From contig NC_086097.1 in assembly GCF_963921235.1 (NCBI RefSeq), forward strand, positions 67,396,001 to 67,460,000: a DNA stretch of 64,000 nt, given 5' to 3'. A program made the translations under genes and the position numbers. The notes beneath the pieces were generated by a model, which saw only the letters and a program-made list of their open reading frames with translations, was not told the DNA's origin and searched no databases. Below, in pieces: positions 13,480 through 26,934 of this stretch. Position 1 is the first letter of the stretch, and every line of letters starts with the position of its first letter. The DNA comes from Mobula hypostoma (Eukaryota).

Positions 13480-14545
13480 GTGTTGATGACAACCTCTAAG
13501 CCTCTGGTTGGAAAATATGTTGGACCAAGGAAGAACCACACTGCTTAGAAGAAGCATAGAAGTGACAAATGCAGTGGTCTGGCTACAACAGTTTTTGTAG
13601 GCAACGTTTCTGAGAAAACTTCTGATATGTTAATCAGGTAGTTACTTGCAAAATGTGGCTTGGTTTTAAGATGGAAGTTCAAGGAGCTTCAGAAGAATTG
13701 CAAGCATTCAGCTTTTGTGAGTTTCAAGAACCAGAATCTACTCTGCGTGCATTCAGGTTATTAGTGGGAAACAACAAGTTGCTTGTAAATGTAGATGCGA
13801 AGACCAAAGCCCAGCTGGATGAATGGAAGGTCAAAAAGAAAAGAATGAATGGAGATACGGAAACAGAGGATTTGTCAGATGATGCTGTGGATGCGGAAAC
13901 TAAAAGCTGAGATCAGATCATAAGTGAATGAATTGACTTTATTTCTTACAGCCTTCACGTACATGAGTAAAAATCTTTACATTACGTCTCTGTTTAAATG
14001 TGCAATGTGCAATCATAGTAATTTATAATAATTAATAATAAATAGAACAGACAATGTAACAGAAATACATTCAAATCAGCGTGAGTTAATCAGTCTGATG
14101 GCCTGGTGGAAGAAGCTGTCCTGGAGCCTGTTGGTCCTGGCTTTTAATGCTGCAGTACTGTTTTCTGGATGGTAGCAGATGGAACAGTTTGTGGTTGGGC
14201 TGACTTGCGTCCCCAACGATCCTTCGGGCCCTTTTTACACACCTGTCTACAGATGCGCTGGGCTGTCCGCACCACTCTCTGCAGAGTCCTGTGATTGAGG
14301 GAAGTACGGTTCCCATACCAGGCGGTGATGCAGCCAGTCAGGATGCTCCTGTAGAAAGGAGCAATTGTGCCCCTGTAGAAAGTTCTTAGGATAAAGGATT
14401 AATAAGAGAATACTCCAGTGAACTAAATGCACTTTCCCAAGATCAAGATGCACAAACAAGAAGAAGAAAAAGGACCAGATTGAGAAAGGGAATGTGAGAA
14501 AGAAAAAGAAAGGGAACAAAGTAGATTCAGAAAAAGAAAATGAGA
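13480..14545 (+). pseudogene. RBM25: Processed (intronless) partial RBM25 copy, RRM to start of the RE-rich region
   Basis: Translates TTVFVGNVSEKTSDMLIR*LLAKCGLVLRWK/VQGASEELQAFSFCEFQEPESTLRAFRLL..KLLVNVDAKTKAQLDEWK..; after an insertion it resumes LIREYSSELNA. Contains stops, a frameshift and deletions. Confidence 0.9.
13926..14394 (-). mobile_element. Rex1/Babar-like 3' fragment inside the RBM25 copy
   Basis: ARRIVGDASQPNHKLFHLLPS motif; AATAAA-containing 3' end near 13940. Confidence 0.8.
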
Positions 14546-16280
14546 AGAAATGTGTTCAGCGCTGTCAGAACCACTTCCTGCAGTCTCAGAGTAAACTCCT
14601 ATACTCGCCACAGAGGGGGCTTCAGACCTGAGATTGCTTCACACCCACAAGTCTCACCTGCCAAGGAGAGTGATCTCCCTTGTCAAGAAGGATGTTATCC
14701 CTCAAGAGTAAGAAAGCCTCCACAGCGATGAAATCTTTCGGCCTGAATGGGACAATTAATTATGAGTTATATGTAAAAATACATTAATTGCAGACGTCAT
14801 CACGCTACCACATGATAAATCTGTGCCTTGTTTAAAGTAAAAGACAAAGCTAGACCTGCATTCCTGGACTCCTGTGTGTTCCTTGAATTAGTTTGTTTTG
14901 AAGTTTCAAAACATAACAATCAGCCAGCCATATCTATGAATCAAATTATTCAGCTAGAATAATGATAGTGAATGTGCATTTGTCAAAATGTACTTAGATG
15001 GAGGGCATGCTGCTATCATTGCCGACTTTACAAATTGGATGGCAGTGTGAGCAACGTAAAAGATGCAAAGGAGTTTCAGGAGATACAGGCGAGCCACGTT
15101 TGTGAATGAGTGAAGACATGGCAGGTAGAATATATGTAGAAAAATCTGAGGTACTGATAAAAAATGGAAACAGACAATAGTTTTATATGGTAAAGAATTG
15201 CATAGTATCAGCATTCAAAGGGACCTGAATGTCTTTTTATACAATCACTGAAAGATTATGTACAAGTAGAACAAGAAAATACAGATGGAACAGCTGAGCC
15301 GGAGTGAGCAGGATGTAAATGAGTGGGGTTAGAAGAGGATACTCAAAGTGAAGAGTTAAAGCAGCACGAAAAACTGAGAATATGAGGTGTCAGAGCGATT
15401 GGGAGGCAGTGAAAAAAAGACATTTTAGCACAAGAGTCCTTGTGCGAGAGAGGAAGGGGAGTGCCTTGTTGCTGAGTCTACTAACCAGTGTGTGACCATT
15501 AACTCCAATGGACCTAGACCTAGTCTCCTTTTGTCTAGGTTTCCCTCTGCCTCTGAATCAACATCTGCTATCTGGTCTGCAAGTGCTAGCCCACTTTAAA
15601 GAAGTCACATGTTGGCAAACTTCAATGAGTGTGGGGTGCTGCAAACCTGTTAATACTGTAGACATACCACAAAAACATGCTAGTTATTTTTTAATGAGTG
15701 GTATGTCTTCATGTATATTTTGACCTTTATGGGCTGCTGTCAAGCTTCTCTGTGTGTTATGTACTGAACGAAATGTGAGAGGGCATTCAGAGTAGATGAC
15801 TTCCAAGCAAAATAAACAGCTGCATGTTTGTACCTCACCTCTCTCTTGTGTTTGTGCTCTTTACGACCACCTGGCTTCCCAGTACCACAAACAGAACAAT
15901 TGCAACGAGGTGACAAGGCCTCACATGATATTTATTGTTTTGTTCCCTTTGGCAAAAAAAAGTCAATGCTGATGGTGTACTGCTGTGTAATGTGGTAAAG
16001 CGAAAAGAAGACACCATGTGAAAACGGCCACAGGAAGTGTGGTGAGTGAAGAATACAAAGGGAGAGAATGAGAATGGGACAGTTAATTAAAACAAATGAG
16101 AGAGATGGATACACCAGATAACTTTTCTGGAACATTTGAAAATGGTAACAATGTTTGGAAGAATGATGAAAGGTCATGTGATGAAATGACAGAGCAATGG
16201 TCTGTGTATTGAGGCGGTTCAAAAACATTTGCTTACAGAAGACAGACTAATATTACAGAAGGCAATTTAGATTAGTACAC

Positions 16281-18240
16281 CTATGGAAATGGCAGCTAAA
16301 GAATCAGAATCAGGTTTATTATCACCGGCATGTGATGTGAAATTTGTTAACTTAGCAGCAGCAGTTCAATACAATACATAATACAGAAGAGAAAAAAAAC
16401 AAAATAAAAAAATAAATGAGTAAATCAATTACAGTATACGTATATTGAATAGATTAAAAAATGTGCAAAAATCAGAAATACTGTATATTAAAAAAAACTG
16501 AGGTAGTGTCCAAGGGTTCAATGTCCATTTAGGAATTCGGATTGCAGAGGGGAAGAAGCTGTTCCTGAATCGCTGAGCATGTGCCTTCAGGCTTCTGTAC
16601 CTCCTCCCTGATGGTAACAATGAGAAGAGGGCATGTCCTGGGTGATGGGGGTCCTTAATAATGGACATTGCCTTTCTGCGGCATTGCTCATTGAAGATGT
16701 CTTGGATACTATAGAGGCTTGTACACAAGATGGAGCTGACTAAATTTACAACCTGCTGCAGCTTCTTTAGGTCCTGTGCAGTAGTCCCTCCATACCAGAC
16801 AGTGATGCAGCCTGTCAGAATGCTCTCCACAGTACATCTATAGAAGTTTTTGAGTGCATTTGTTGACATGCCAAATCTTTTCAAACTCCTAATGAAGTAT
16901 AGCCATTGTCTTGCTTTCTTTATAACTGCATCTATATGTTGGGACCAGGTTAGATCCTCAGAGATCTTGACACCCAGGAACCTGAAACTGCTCACTCTCT
17001 CCACTTTTGATCCCTCCATGAGGATTGGTATGTGTTCCTTCATCTTACCCTTCCTGAATTCCACAATCAGCTCTTTCGTCTTACTGACACTGAGCGCCAG
17101 GTCGTTGCTGTGGCACCACTCCACTAGTTGGCATATCTCACCACCTGAGATTCTGTCAGCAATAGTTGTATTGTCAGAAAATTTATAGATGGTATTTGAG
17201 CTGTGTCTAGCCACATAGTCATGTGTATATAGAGAGTAGAGCAGTGGGCTAACTGCAACTTCTCAGTCAGGATTGTGGGAATGATGGTATTAAATACTGA
17301 GCTATAGTTGATGAACAGCAAAACTGTTCATCAACGGTAGGTGTTTGTGTTGTCCAGGTAGCCTAAAGCCATGTGGAGAGCCATTGAGATTGTGTCTGCC
17401 GTTGACCTATTGTGGTGATGGGCAAGTTGCAATGGGTCCAGGTCCTTGCTGAGGCAGGAGTTCGGTCTACTCATGACCAACCTCTCAAAGCATTTCATCA
17501 CTGTCGATGTGAGTGCTTCTGGGCAATAGTCATTTAGGCAGCTCACATTATTCTTCTTAGGCAGTGTTGTCTTTTTGAAGCAAGTGGGGACTTCAGCCGA
17601 TAGCAGTGAGAGGTTGAAAATGTCTTTGAATGCTCCCGCTAGTTGGTTGACACAGGTTTTCAGAGCCTTACCAGGTACTCCATCTGGACCTTCCACCTTG
17701 TGAGGGTTCACTCTCTTTAAAAACAGCCTAACATTGGCCTCTGAGATGGAGATCACAGGGTCATCAGGTGCAGCAGGGATCTTCACAGCTGTAGTTATAT
17801 TCTCCCTTTCAAAGCGGGCATAGAAGGCGTCGTTCATCTGGTAGTGAGGCATCACTGTCATTCACGCTATTGGGTTTTGCTTTGTATGAAGTAATGTCCT
17901 ACAAACCCTGCCAGAGTTGGCGTGCATCCGACGAAGCCTCCAACCTCATTTGAAATTGTCTCTTCGCCCTTGAAATAGCCCTCTGCAAATCATACCTGGT
18001 TTTCTGGTACAGGCCTGGGTTGCCAGACTTGAATGCCACAGATCTAGCCTTCAGCAGATGATGTACCTCCTGGTTCATCCATAGCTTTTGGTTTGGGAAT
18101 ATACAGCAAGTCTTTGTGGGCACACACTCATACACACAGGCTTTAATGAAGTTGGCAACAACTGCAGCATACTCATTTAGGTTCAAAGATGAATCCCTGA
18201 ATACAGGGATTAAGCCCATAAGTGCAGCCAGTAAGCCCAT
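16281..18240 (-). mobile_element. Rex1/Babar-like LINE, 5'-truncated
   Basis: ORFs 17331-17861 (GPDGVPG, NRSTAD) and 16429-17214 (FSDNTT, KTKELIVEFR, HPGHALFSLLPSGRR); (AGAATC)n tail. Confidence 0.9.
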
Positions 18241-18246
18241 CTTCCC

Positions 18247-18373
18247 ATGAAGGGTCTCGGTCTGAAACGTCGACTGTACCTCTTCCTAGAGATGCTGCCT
18301 GGCCTGCTGCGTTCACCAGCAACTTTGATGTGTGTTGCTTGAATTTCCAGCATCTGCAGAATTCCTGTTGTTT
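18247..18373 (+). mobile_element. Short Penelope-derived element, hammerhead core truncated
   Basis: Nearly identical to 22901-23031; starts inside the CUGAUGA box. Confidence 0.85.
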
Positions 18374-20012
18374 CCCACGTTAATAAAGTTTTCACGGACT
18401 ATTGGCAATCAATGTTACCATTGTGGCAAAACTGGGCATTCAACAAAAGAATGCTGGTATAAGGACTTAGACTGCTGAAGCTCTGGCAAAAAACGACATA
18501 CTGAACGCACCTGTAGAAGTAAAAAGACACTGTCAACCAAAAACAATGTAATACAGAAAAATGACTTTGAAAAATAAAAAGAAATGTTAACAAGATGGTG
18601 CATACTGAGGACGGACTCTGTGGTTGAAGAAGGTTTGCATGTTCTATCTGTTTCATGACACAATGATGGCTATTGAGTGATCTTGCAGTTGGATGGGGCC
18701 ACAGTGAGGATGCAGGTGGACAGGGGCATTGCAGTATCACTGGTGTCAGAGACAGTATACAAGGAAAAATTGCAGCATCTCACCCCAGAAGGGGCAAGAC
18801 TTTCACTGGTGAGGTTGTTTCAGTGAGGGAAGTAGCACATGTTACCGTGGAGATTAATGAACAGAGAAAGACGTTTCCACTGTACACTGTTAAAGGTGAA
18901 TATCCAATGCTTCTGGTCCGCTCATGCAGATGCATGTGGAGCCAGGGTCGCAGGAACTGTTGACCATAGTGACTCACAAAGGGATGTCCAGGTGCTGAAG
19001 GCTTCCATTTGGCATCATCTTGGCTCCTGCACTTTTTCAGTGAGCAATGAACCAGATCCTGAGCTGGTTGACAGGAGTGCAGTGTTACTTGGATGACTTG
19101 CCCATTACTGGGAAAAATGAGTGTGAGCACCTACAAAGCCTGGATGCTACACTGCAAAGACTCAAAGGAATATAGGCCAAGGGTCAGGAAGGACAAGTGT
19201 GTCCTTTCGACCTTTGATTGAATATTTAGGCTACGTGATCGACAACTCAGGACTTTACAAGGAACCATCAAAGGTGCAGGCAACCATGGGCGCTCCATCA
19301 TCATAGAATGTAAGTCAATTAAGCTCTTTCTTAGAATTACTAACATACTACACAAAGTTTGTTCCTAATCTAGCTAACATGCTGAAACCACTTCATGGGC
19401 TTTTAAATAAATCAACACACTGGTAATAGATCACTGTGAAGAGGCTTTTAAAAAGGGTCTAAGCAGCTTTGTCACAATCTGAAGCACTGACACACTTCAA
19501 CACTGTCATTGCTCACACAGTTGTCTTGTGACTCATCACCCTATGGTGTGGGGGCAGTTATTTCACACATCGACTGAAGAGCGTCCAATCGCTTTCACAT
19601 CAGGGATATTAGGCAAGGTAGGATGCCACGATGCCCAGATTGAGTGGGAAGCAATCACAATTGTCTTTGGAGTTAAGGAATTCCATCAATTCCTCTTTGG
19701 TTGATGATTTTTACAGAACTGACAGGTCATCACCCCTTGATGCCAATTTTTGGTCCGCATGTGGCTATTCCTTCCCTGGCTGCTACTTGAATGCAACATT
19801 GGGCTCTATTACTATCCACACGTCAGTACGATATAAAGCACAGGAGGTCCGAGCACCATTCGAATACTGATGGACTATCTGGCCTTCCATTAGCTGTTAC
19901 AGCTCCAGACCCATCTCTGAAAGAGATCTTTTTATTTATTTATTTATTGAGATACAGCACAGAGAAGGCCTTCCTGACCCTTCATGCTGTGCTGCCAGTA
20001 ATTCCCCGATTT

Positions 20013-23000
20013 AAAAAAAAACTTTATTTTAAAAAAAAATAATGAAATCAACAAAAACATACCAGCTCAGACATGTATAAAAAAGAAATAAGCAAAAAAA
20101 AAGATATAACATTAGAGGGATTGTACAAAGTGCTCAAAAATACTAAACATTAAATCTCAAATGAGGGCCATGAGAAATCAGCTGGGGGGGAAGTTGCTCA
20201 TCCACCCCCGGCCTCGGCCAGGTAGGCAATAAATAGATCCCAGATAGCTGAAAAATTTTAATTGAATTGGTTCTCAAGAACCTAAGTTTCTCCATCTATA
20301 TGACTGAGATCATATCAGCCATCCATCTCCGAAAGGAAGGGGGAGAGAGTGATTTCCATTTCCTCAAGATAAGTCTTTTGGCAGCAATCATCCCCAGCAT
20401 CAGAGACTGTTGTATGGCTGCAGGGAAACAAATAGTAGATTGCGAGCAGCCAAATATGGCGAGATCGGCTTCCAAGGGGAAGGATCTTTTATAGGCCTTT
20501 GAGTACCAGTCGAATATTTTTGCACCAAAATCCAGTCAGTAATGGGCAAAACCAAAAGGTGTGTGACAACATGGCTTCCATCCCTTGGCATCTATCACAC
20601 ATTGGCGAGACAGAAGGGTAAATCCTGTGCAATCTAAGTTTAGAGTAATGGAGACGGTGGACAACTTTAAAGTGGATCAGTTGGTGCCTGCTGTTAACAG
20701 AGCAAGCCTGTATCATAGACAAACACTTATCCCAGGCAGTTTCAGATAATTCAATGCCCAACTCCTCTCTCCAGGCGTCTCTAATCTTCACAGTAGACGC
20801 TACAGTGCAATTATCAAACAAATGTACAAACTTAGAAACGAGATGCCTGGAGTCAGGAGGGTTCTTTAAAATACCAAAAAAAAACATATGTTTCCCTGGA
20901 AGGATTTCAAAATTACGAATCTTTGATTGAATGTAGTGTCTAATTTGTAAATAATGAAAAAAGTGCGAATGAGGCAGCTCAAATTTCTCTTTCAGCAGAC
21001 TAAATGTTGCAAACCATCCCTCTAAGTACAGGTCTTCAGTAGAAACTAGACCCTTCTTCCTCCAAGCATGGTAGGTTTTATCTGACCATGAGGGTAGAAA
21101 GGAGTGATTGAAACAGATTGGTGTTTGTACAGAGGTCTCTGGTAAATTCAGAACGCTCCTAATCTGATTTAGAATTCTGACGAAATTTTTCAAAACAAAA
21201 CTCAAACTTTTTGAGGACCCAGGCCTCTCTAACTTAGAGAACAGCATGGCTGGCAAGGAGGAATTGACAACAGAGTTGGACTCCATACATAGCCACAAGG
21301 GAGCCCCAGGGGCTAGGTTATCCGGAGCCCCCTGTTGCCAAAACATTAAAGCCCTAGCATTGACAGCCCAATAATAGTGTCTAAATACAGGTAATCCCAG
21401 CCCTCCTTCAGATTCGGGCTTTTGTAAATGAATTTCCAAAATCGTGTGATTCTTATAATTCCAGATATAAGACGATATTATGGAGTCCAACTCTTTAAAG
21501 AAAGCTGATGTAAGAAAAATGGGGAGATTTTGGCAGAGATAGAGAAACCTAGGAAGGGAAACCATTTTAATTGAATTTATACAACCAATCATGGAGGTAG
21601 GGTTTTCCTGCTTTCTCTATTCTGTTTAAGTTTTGAAATAAACTCCGCGAAGTTTAATTTGAATATTAATTTAGGATCTTTGGGGATTGTCAAGCCGAGA
21701 TAAGTAAAGTGATCTTTAACTACTTTGAACGGGACAGTTTCCAAAAAACCCCGCGTGTAGTCGTTGGAGAGGGGCACAAAGTCACTTTTTGTCCAATTGA
21801 TTGAGTATCCCGATAGTCTGCCAAAAGAGGTGATTAAAATCTAGAAGAGGGACTGACTTTTTGAGTTTTGTAATTAGAGTATCACATCATCAGCATTTAA
21901 ACTAATAGGTGTTTCAATGCCCCCCACTTTCAAACCCAGAATATTTGGGTGACTTCTTATTTTTAAGGCAAGGGGCTCTACCGCGATGGCAAAAAGGGCC
22001 GGCGAGAGAGGGCACCCCTGCTGGACTGAACGGTGTAGGGGAACCAGAGTTGACTTGTCACCATTAGTTATAATAGAACACACTGGGCTGGCATATATCA
22101 GTTTTACCCAAGATACAGATGACTCCCTGAACCCAAACCTGTACAGTGACTCAAACATGTAAGGCCACTCAATCTGATCAAAAGCCTTTTGTGCATCAAG
22201 AGATAAAATTGCTGCCCCATTAGCTTTCCCATGATCAGCATATATAGTACTAAGGAGGCATCTGACATTGGGAAAAGAGAACCTACCCAGGACAAATCCT
22301 GTCTGATCAGGATGAATGATAGATGACAAATGCTTATTTAGTCGGTTAGCCAGCATTTTACTAATTACCTTTCTATAAAAATTCTGGAGAGCAATGGGCC
22401 TATAGCTGGCCGGGTCTGTTTCCTCTTTATCTTTCTTTAGAATGAGGGAAATGTTAGCCTTGTACAATGTCCTAGGCAAGGCTTTATCTCTCTTAGAGCA
22501 AGATATCATTCTGGGGAAAAGTGGGACAAGGATATCACAGAATTTCTTATAAAATTCACAGCCAAATCCATCCGGCCCAGCAGCCTTGCCGGACAGAAAT
22601 GACTTAATGGCAGAAGTTATTTCTTCCAATGTGAAGTCAGAATCTAAGTCCTCCCTAGCAGCGTCACTAAGTCTCGGCTCTAAGTCAGAGGCAAAGAAGT
22701 CATTCAAATCAGATTGAGTGGCATTGCATTTAGAAGTGTAGAGTTCACTGTAAAATTCTTTAAAACAGTCATTTATCTCCTTGAGGTTAGTTAACAGGGT
22801 ACCCGTCCTCGACCTAATGCAGTGGATTGACCTTAGGGCCTGGGTGCCCCTGAGCTGCCGCGCCAGGAGCCCCTCAGGCTTGTCCCCCATTTCATTCCCT
22901 CCTGATGAAGGGTCTCGGCCTGAAACGTCGACTATACCTCTTCCTAGAGATGCTGCCTGGCCTGCTGCGTTCACCAGCAACTTTGATGTGTGTTGCTTGA

Positions 23001-25690
23001 ATTTCCAGCATCTGCAGAATTCCTGTTGTTTGCCCCCATTTCAAAATGCTTTTGTCTTAATTTTAAGAGGAGATTACTTATTTGACTACCCAAGATACAA
23101 TTGTACTCGTATTTAAGCTTCATTATTTTATTATAATCTTCAGAGGATTTTGAAGCCTGGTATGTCGCTTTGAGGGTTGGGAGAGTATTCTCAATCTCTA
23201 ATAATTGCCCTTCTCTCTCCCCCTTAGCAGCGGATTCATATGAAATTATATACCAACGAATTACAACTTTTAATGTCTTCCAGAGTGTGAAATCTGACAC
23301 CTCGCCATTATCGTTAATTTCTATAAAATCTTTTAATCTGGTGGTGATATATTCTATAAATTTCTTATGGGTGAGTAAGCAGGGGTTAAAACGCCAGGAA
23401 TAGATTCGTTTGGAAAGGCAGAGATTTAGGGACATTGTGAAGGGGCTATGGTCAGAAATTACTCTATTATGATATTTTATATTGGTAACACGAGATATTA
23501 AATGAGAATCAACCAAAAAATAGTCTATTCTACTATAAGATTTGTGAACATGAGAATAATAAGAATAATCCTTGTCGGTGGGATGTTGAATTCGCCAAAT
23601 ATCTACTAAATTCCTAGATCTAATCAAATTAATTTGGACCTGCACTGACACAATATTTGAGGGCGGGCGGGAGGACAATCTATCTAAATATGGATCTAGG
23701 TAGCAATTCAAGTCACCACTGATTATTATATTTGAATTACTGGCATCCGGAAGTAAATCAAAGACTTTCCTAAAAAAAATTTGGGTCTTCTGTGTTTGGA
23801 CCATAAATATTAAGGAAGGTTAGCGGAAACGAATTAATGGTGCCAGAGATCATAATAAACCTGCCGAGAGGATCTGTGGTAATGGAAGTGAGTTGAAATG
23901 GAATATTTTTCCTAAAGAGGATAGCCACACCATGGGCATGAGAAGTAAATGGTGACTGGTAAACCTGCAATATGCAGTTAGTCCTCAATCTGCGTTGCTC
24001 AGTTACTTTGATATGGGTTTCCAGTAGAAAAATCACATCTGCAGATAGAGATTTGAGATGGCTAAAAACTTTATCCCTCTTAACAACATGACCAAGGCCC
24101 TTAACATTCCACAAGACTATTGTAATATCTTTACCCCCTAGCTGCGTTCTACCACAAGGCCTCTGCATATGAGAATAAAGAGATTATTAGAGTTGAGCAC
24201 AAACATAGTAAACAATGCAAAATAACTGGTAGCCTCATAAGAACACAACATACACAAAAAAGGCATGTCTGAGCTATAAACAAAAACACACATCCTAACC
24301 CACCCCCCTTCCTGTCTCCCTAAACCAGACACATTGTTCCCCATTTCCATCCCAAAAGGAGCTGCTGGGCAGGTAACTAACATTACACAATTATCACAAA
24401 CCCCCTCTCCGAGAAAATTTATAATACAAATTATATAATACCGTTAAACAAATGCTATTAGGGCTGGGGAGAGTTATCCAGTGTCCGCACCTGAAGCTGA
24501 ACATTCATGACATCAACTCAAATTTAACCCTTATAATAACAAAAATATTTAGAACATTCTCTGCAATTAAATCCCAGTGCGGCATACAGCATCACAAAAC
24601 TACATATAACAATCAGGTCCCTCCCCGTATCCCAACATGGAAACCGGCACAAATATAAGCTGAATAAACAGTGTCAATATATCTACTCCCTTTTTTGTGC
24701 ATTATTCCTTTCCAAGAATTGTGCTGCTTCTATCAGGTCGTCATATACTTTATGCGCTCTTCCATCTTGATGATAAATATAGAGCCTAGCCGAATATCGC
24801 AGGGTGCGCTTGATTCCTCCATCAGGCAGAGTTGGCAGTACATCACGAAAGACAGGGCTTTGAGCCATCATCTCTTTAGTATAGTCCGGGAAGATCAAGA
24901 CCTTATTTCCCTTGTACTCCATGGGTTGTAGTCTGCTGCGGTGCAGGATCAGCTCCTTCACTGGAAAGTGATGGATATGTGCCAAGATGGTGCGTGGTTT
25001 CCCGCCACCGGCAACTGGCTTCGGCTGGAGAGAGCGATGCCTGCGATCGACTTTAACCGGGTACGGGAAATGCTCTTCCCCGAGCAACTTGGGAATCAGT
25101 CTGGAAACAAATTCAGTAGGTTTACCATCCTCCTCACCCTCTTATATCCCTATAATCTTAATTTTATGTCTCTGGCAACAACCCTCTAAGTCATGCACTT
25201 TAGCTTCAAGCTGGCTATTTTGTCTCATTAGCTCTGAATACTTAACTTCAAGCTCTTGCACGGGTGTTTCAAGGTCACTGGTGGTTAGTTCTTGATTAGC
25301 CACACGGGCTTGTAAGTCAGCCTGGGAGGCCCCAAGTGCCTCAAACTTGGTCTCAGAAACACCAAAGCGGTCGTTAATGCCGTGCAGAATTGACTCAGAA
25401 ATCTCCTGACCTAATTCCTTGCACATGGCCTAAGTTTTATCGGGCGGTATCTCAGACGCGGAGAAGTGCTTTACCGACCCGTTGTTAGCACTAACTTCGG
25501 TAGTTTGGCAGTCGGCGGTCTTGGCCTTATTTGCCTTCGGCATTGTCAAACCTTTCCAGACACTTAGTTTAAACATACACTGTTGGCCTATGAATAAATA
25601 AAACAGGGTATAATAGTAATTTCGTCGAGGCCTCGGAAAGGAGCACTGACCAAACACGTCTAATCCATACGCATGTGCACTAGCGCCCCC
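20013..25690 (-). mobile_element. Full-length L1-clade LINE (ORF1 25543-24683; ORF2 24168-~20198), disrupted
   Basis: Starts GGGGGCGC; ORF1 is coiled-coil/RRM-like in one frame with two stops; ORF2 has APE (WNVKGL, GDLN, SRIDY, SDH), RT (LDAQKAFD, QGCPLSP, ADD) and a C-terminal Cys/His motif; 15-bp TSD at 19998-20012 and 25691-25705. Confidence 0.93.
22895..23032 (+). mobile_element. Short Penelope-derived hammerhead-motif element inserted in L1 ORF2
   Basis: Exact 11-bp TSD cccccatttca at 22884-22894 and 23033-23043; CTGATGA at 22902, GAAACGTC at 22922; removing it restores KHFEMGDKPEGLLARQLR. Confidence 0.9.
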
Positions 25691-25924
25691 GCAATTCCCC
25701 AATTTAACCCTAGCCTAATCACGGGACAATTTACAATGACTAATTAATGTTTCAACTGGTATGCTGTGGACTGTGGGAGGAAACCGGAGCACTCAGAGGA
25801 AACCCACATGGTCAGGGGGAGAACGTACAAACTCCTTACAGACAGCGCGGGAATTGAACGCTGGTCACCTGTACTGTAAAGCCTCGTGCTAATCACTAAT
25901 CACTGTGCTGCCCATTTTACTTCA

Positions 25925-26934
25925 TAATCATAGTCGTACTTTATTGATCCTAGGGGAAATTAGTTTTCATTACAGTTGCACCATAAATAATAAATAGTAA
26001 TAGAACCATAAATAGTTAAATAGTAAGATGTAAATTATGCCAGTAAATTATGAAATAAGTCCAGGACCAGCCTATTGGCTCAGTGTGTCTGACCCTCCAA
26101 GGGAGGAGTTGTAAAGTTTGATGGCCACAGGCAGGAATGACTTCCTATGACGCTCTGTGCTGCATCTCGGTGGAATGAGTCTCTGGCTGAATGTACTCCT
26201 GTGCCCACCCAGTACATTATGTAGTGGATGGGAGACATTGACCAAGATAGCATGCAACTTAGACAGCATCCTCTTTTCAGACACCACCGTGAGAGAGTCC
26301 AGTTCCATCCCCACAACATCACTGGCCTTACGAATGAGTTTGTTGATTCTGTTGGTGTCTGCTACCCTCAGCCTGCTGCCCCAGCACACAACAACAAACA
26401 TGATAGCACTGGCCACCACAGGCTTGTAGAACATCCTCAGCATCATCCAGCAGATGTTAAAGGACCTCAGGAAATAGAGACGGCTCTGACCCTTCTTGTA
26501 GACAGCCTCAGTGTTCTTAGACCAGTCCAGTTTATTGTCAATTCGTACCCCAGGTATTTGTAATCCTCCACCATGTCCACACTGACCCCCTGGATGGAAA
26601 CAGGGGTCACCAGTACCTTCGCTCTCCTCAGGTCTACCACCAGCTCCTTAGTCTTTTTCACATTAAGCTGTAGATAATTCTGCTCACACCATGTGACAAA
26701 GTTTCCTACCGTCGCCCTGTACTCAACCGCATCTCCCTTGCTGATGCATCCAACTATGGCAGAGTCATCCGAAAACTTCTGAAGATGACAAGACTCTGTG
26801 CAGTAGTTGAAGTCCGAGGTGTAAATGGTGAAGAGGAAGGGAGACAAGACAGTCCCCTGTGGAGCCCCAGTGCTGCTGATCACTCTGTCAGACACACAGT
26901 GTTGCAAGCACACGTACTGTGGTCTGCCAGAAGG
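25925..26934 (-). mobile_element. Rex1 LINE 3' fragment
   Basis: GAPQGTVLSPFLFTIYTSD..FSDDSA motif; 7-bp TSD tacttca at 25918-25924 and 26935-26941. Confidence 0.92.

Larger units (their letters stand above)
11003..14918 (+). mobile_element. Gypsy LTR element (gag-protease present, RT-RH-IN replaced by an RBM25 retro-fragment)
   Basis: Similar partial LTRs at 11003-11104 and ~14765-14918 ending in ..taaca; PBS-like tggcaatgag; gag ATG at 11308 (LRDRLVCG, CYRCGRGSH); protease ELDIGSAVS..LWGCDW; pol tail YPSRVRKPPQR at ~14695-14728. Confidence 0.85.
19929..25913 (-). mobile_element. tRNA-derived V-SINE split by an L1 (3' part 19929-20012, 5' part 25691-25913)
   Basis: B-box gttcaattccc, V-domain core (gggtttcctc..ccggtttcctcccacagtcc) and (TAAA)n tail; the two halves join across the L1 TSD. 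Confidence 0.88.

Noticed and set aside
13653..13910. Functional RBM25 exon
   Set aside because: Flanking stops, a frameshift, deletions, no introns and a LINE insertion.
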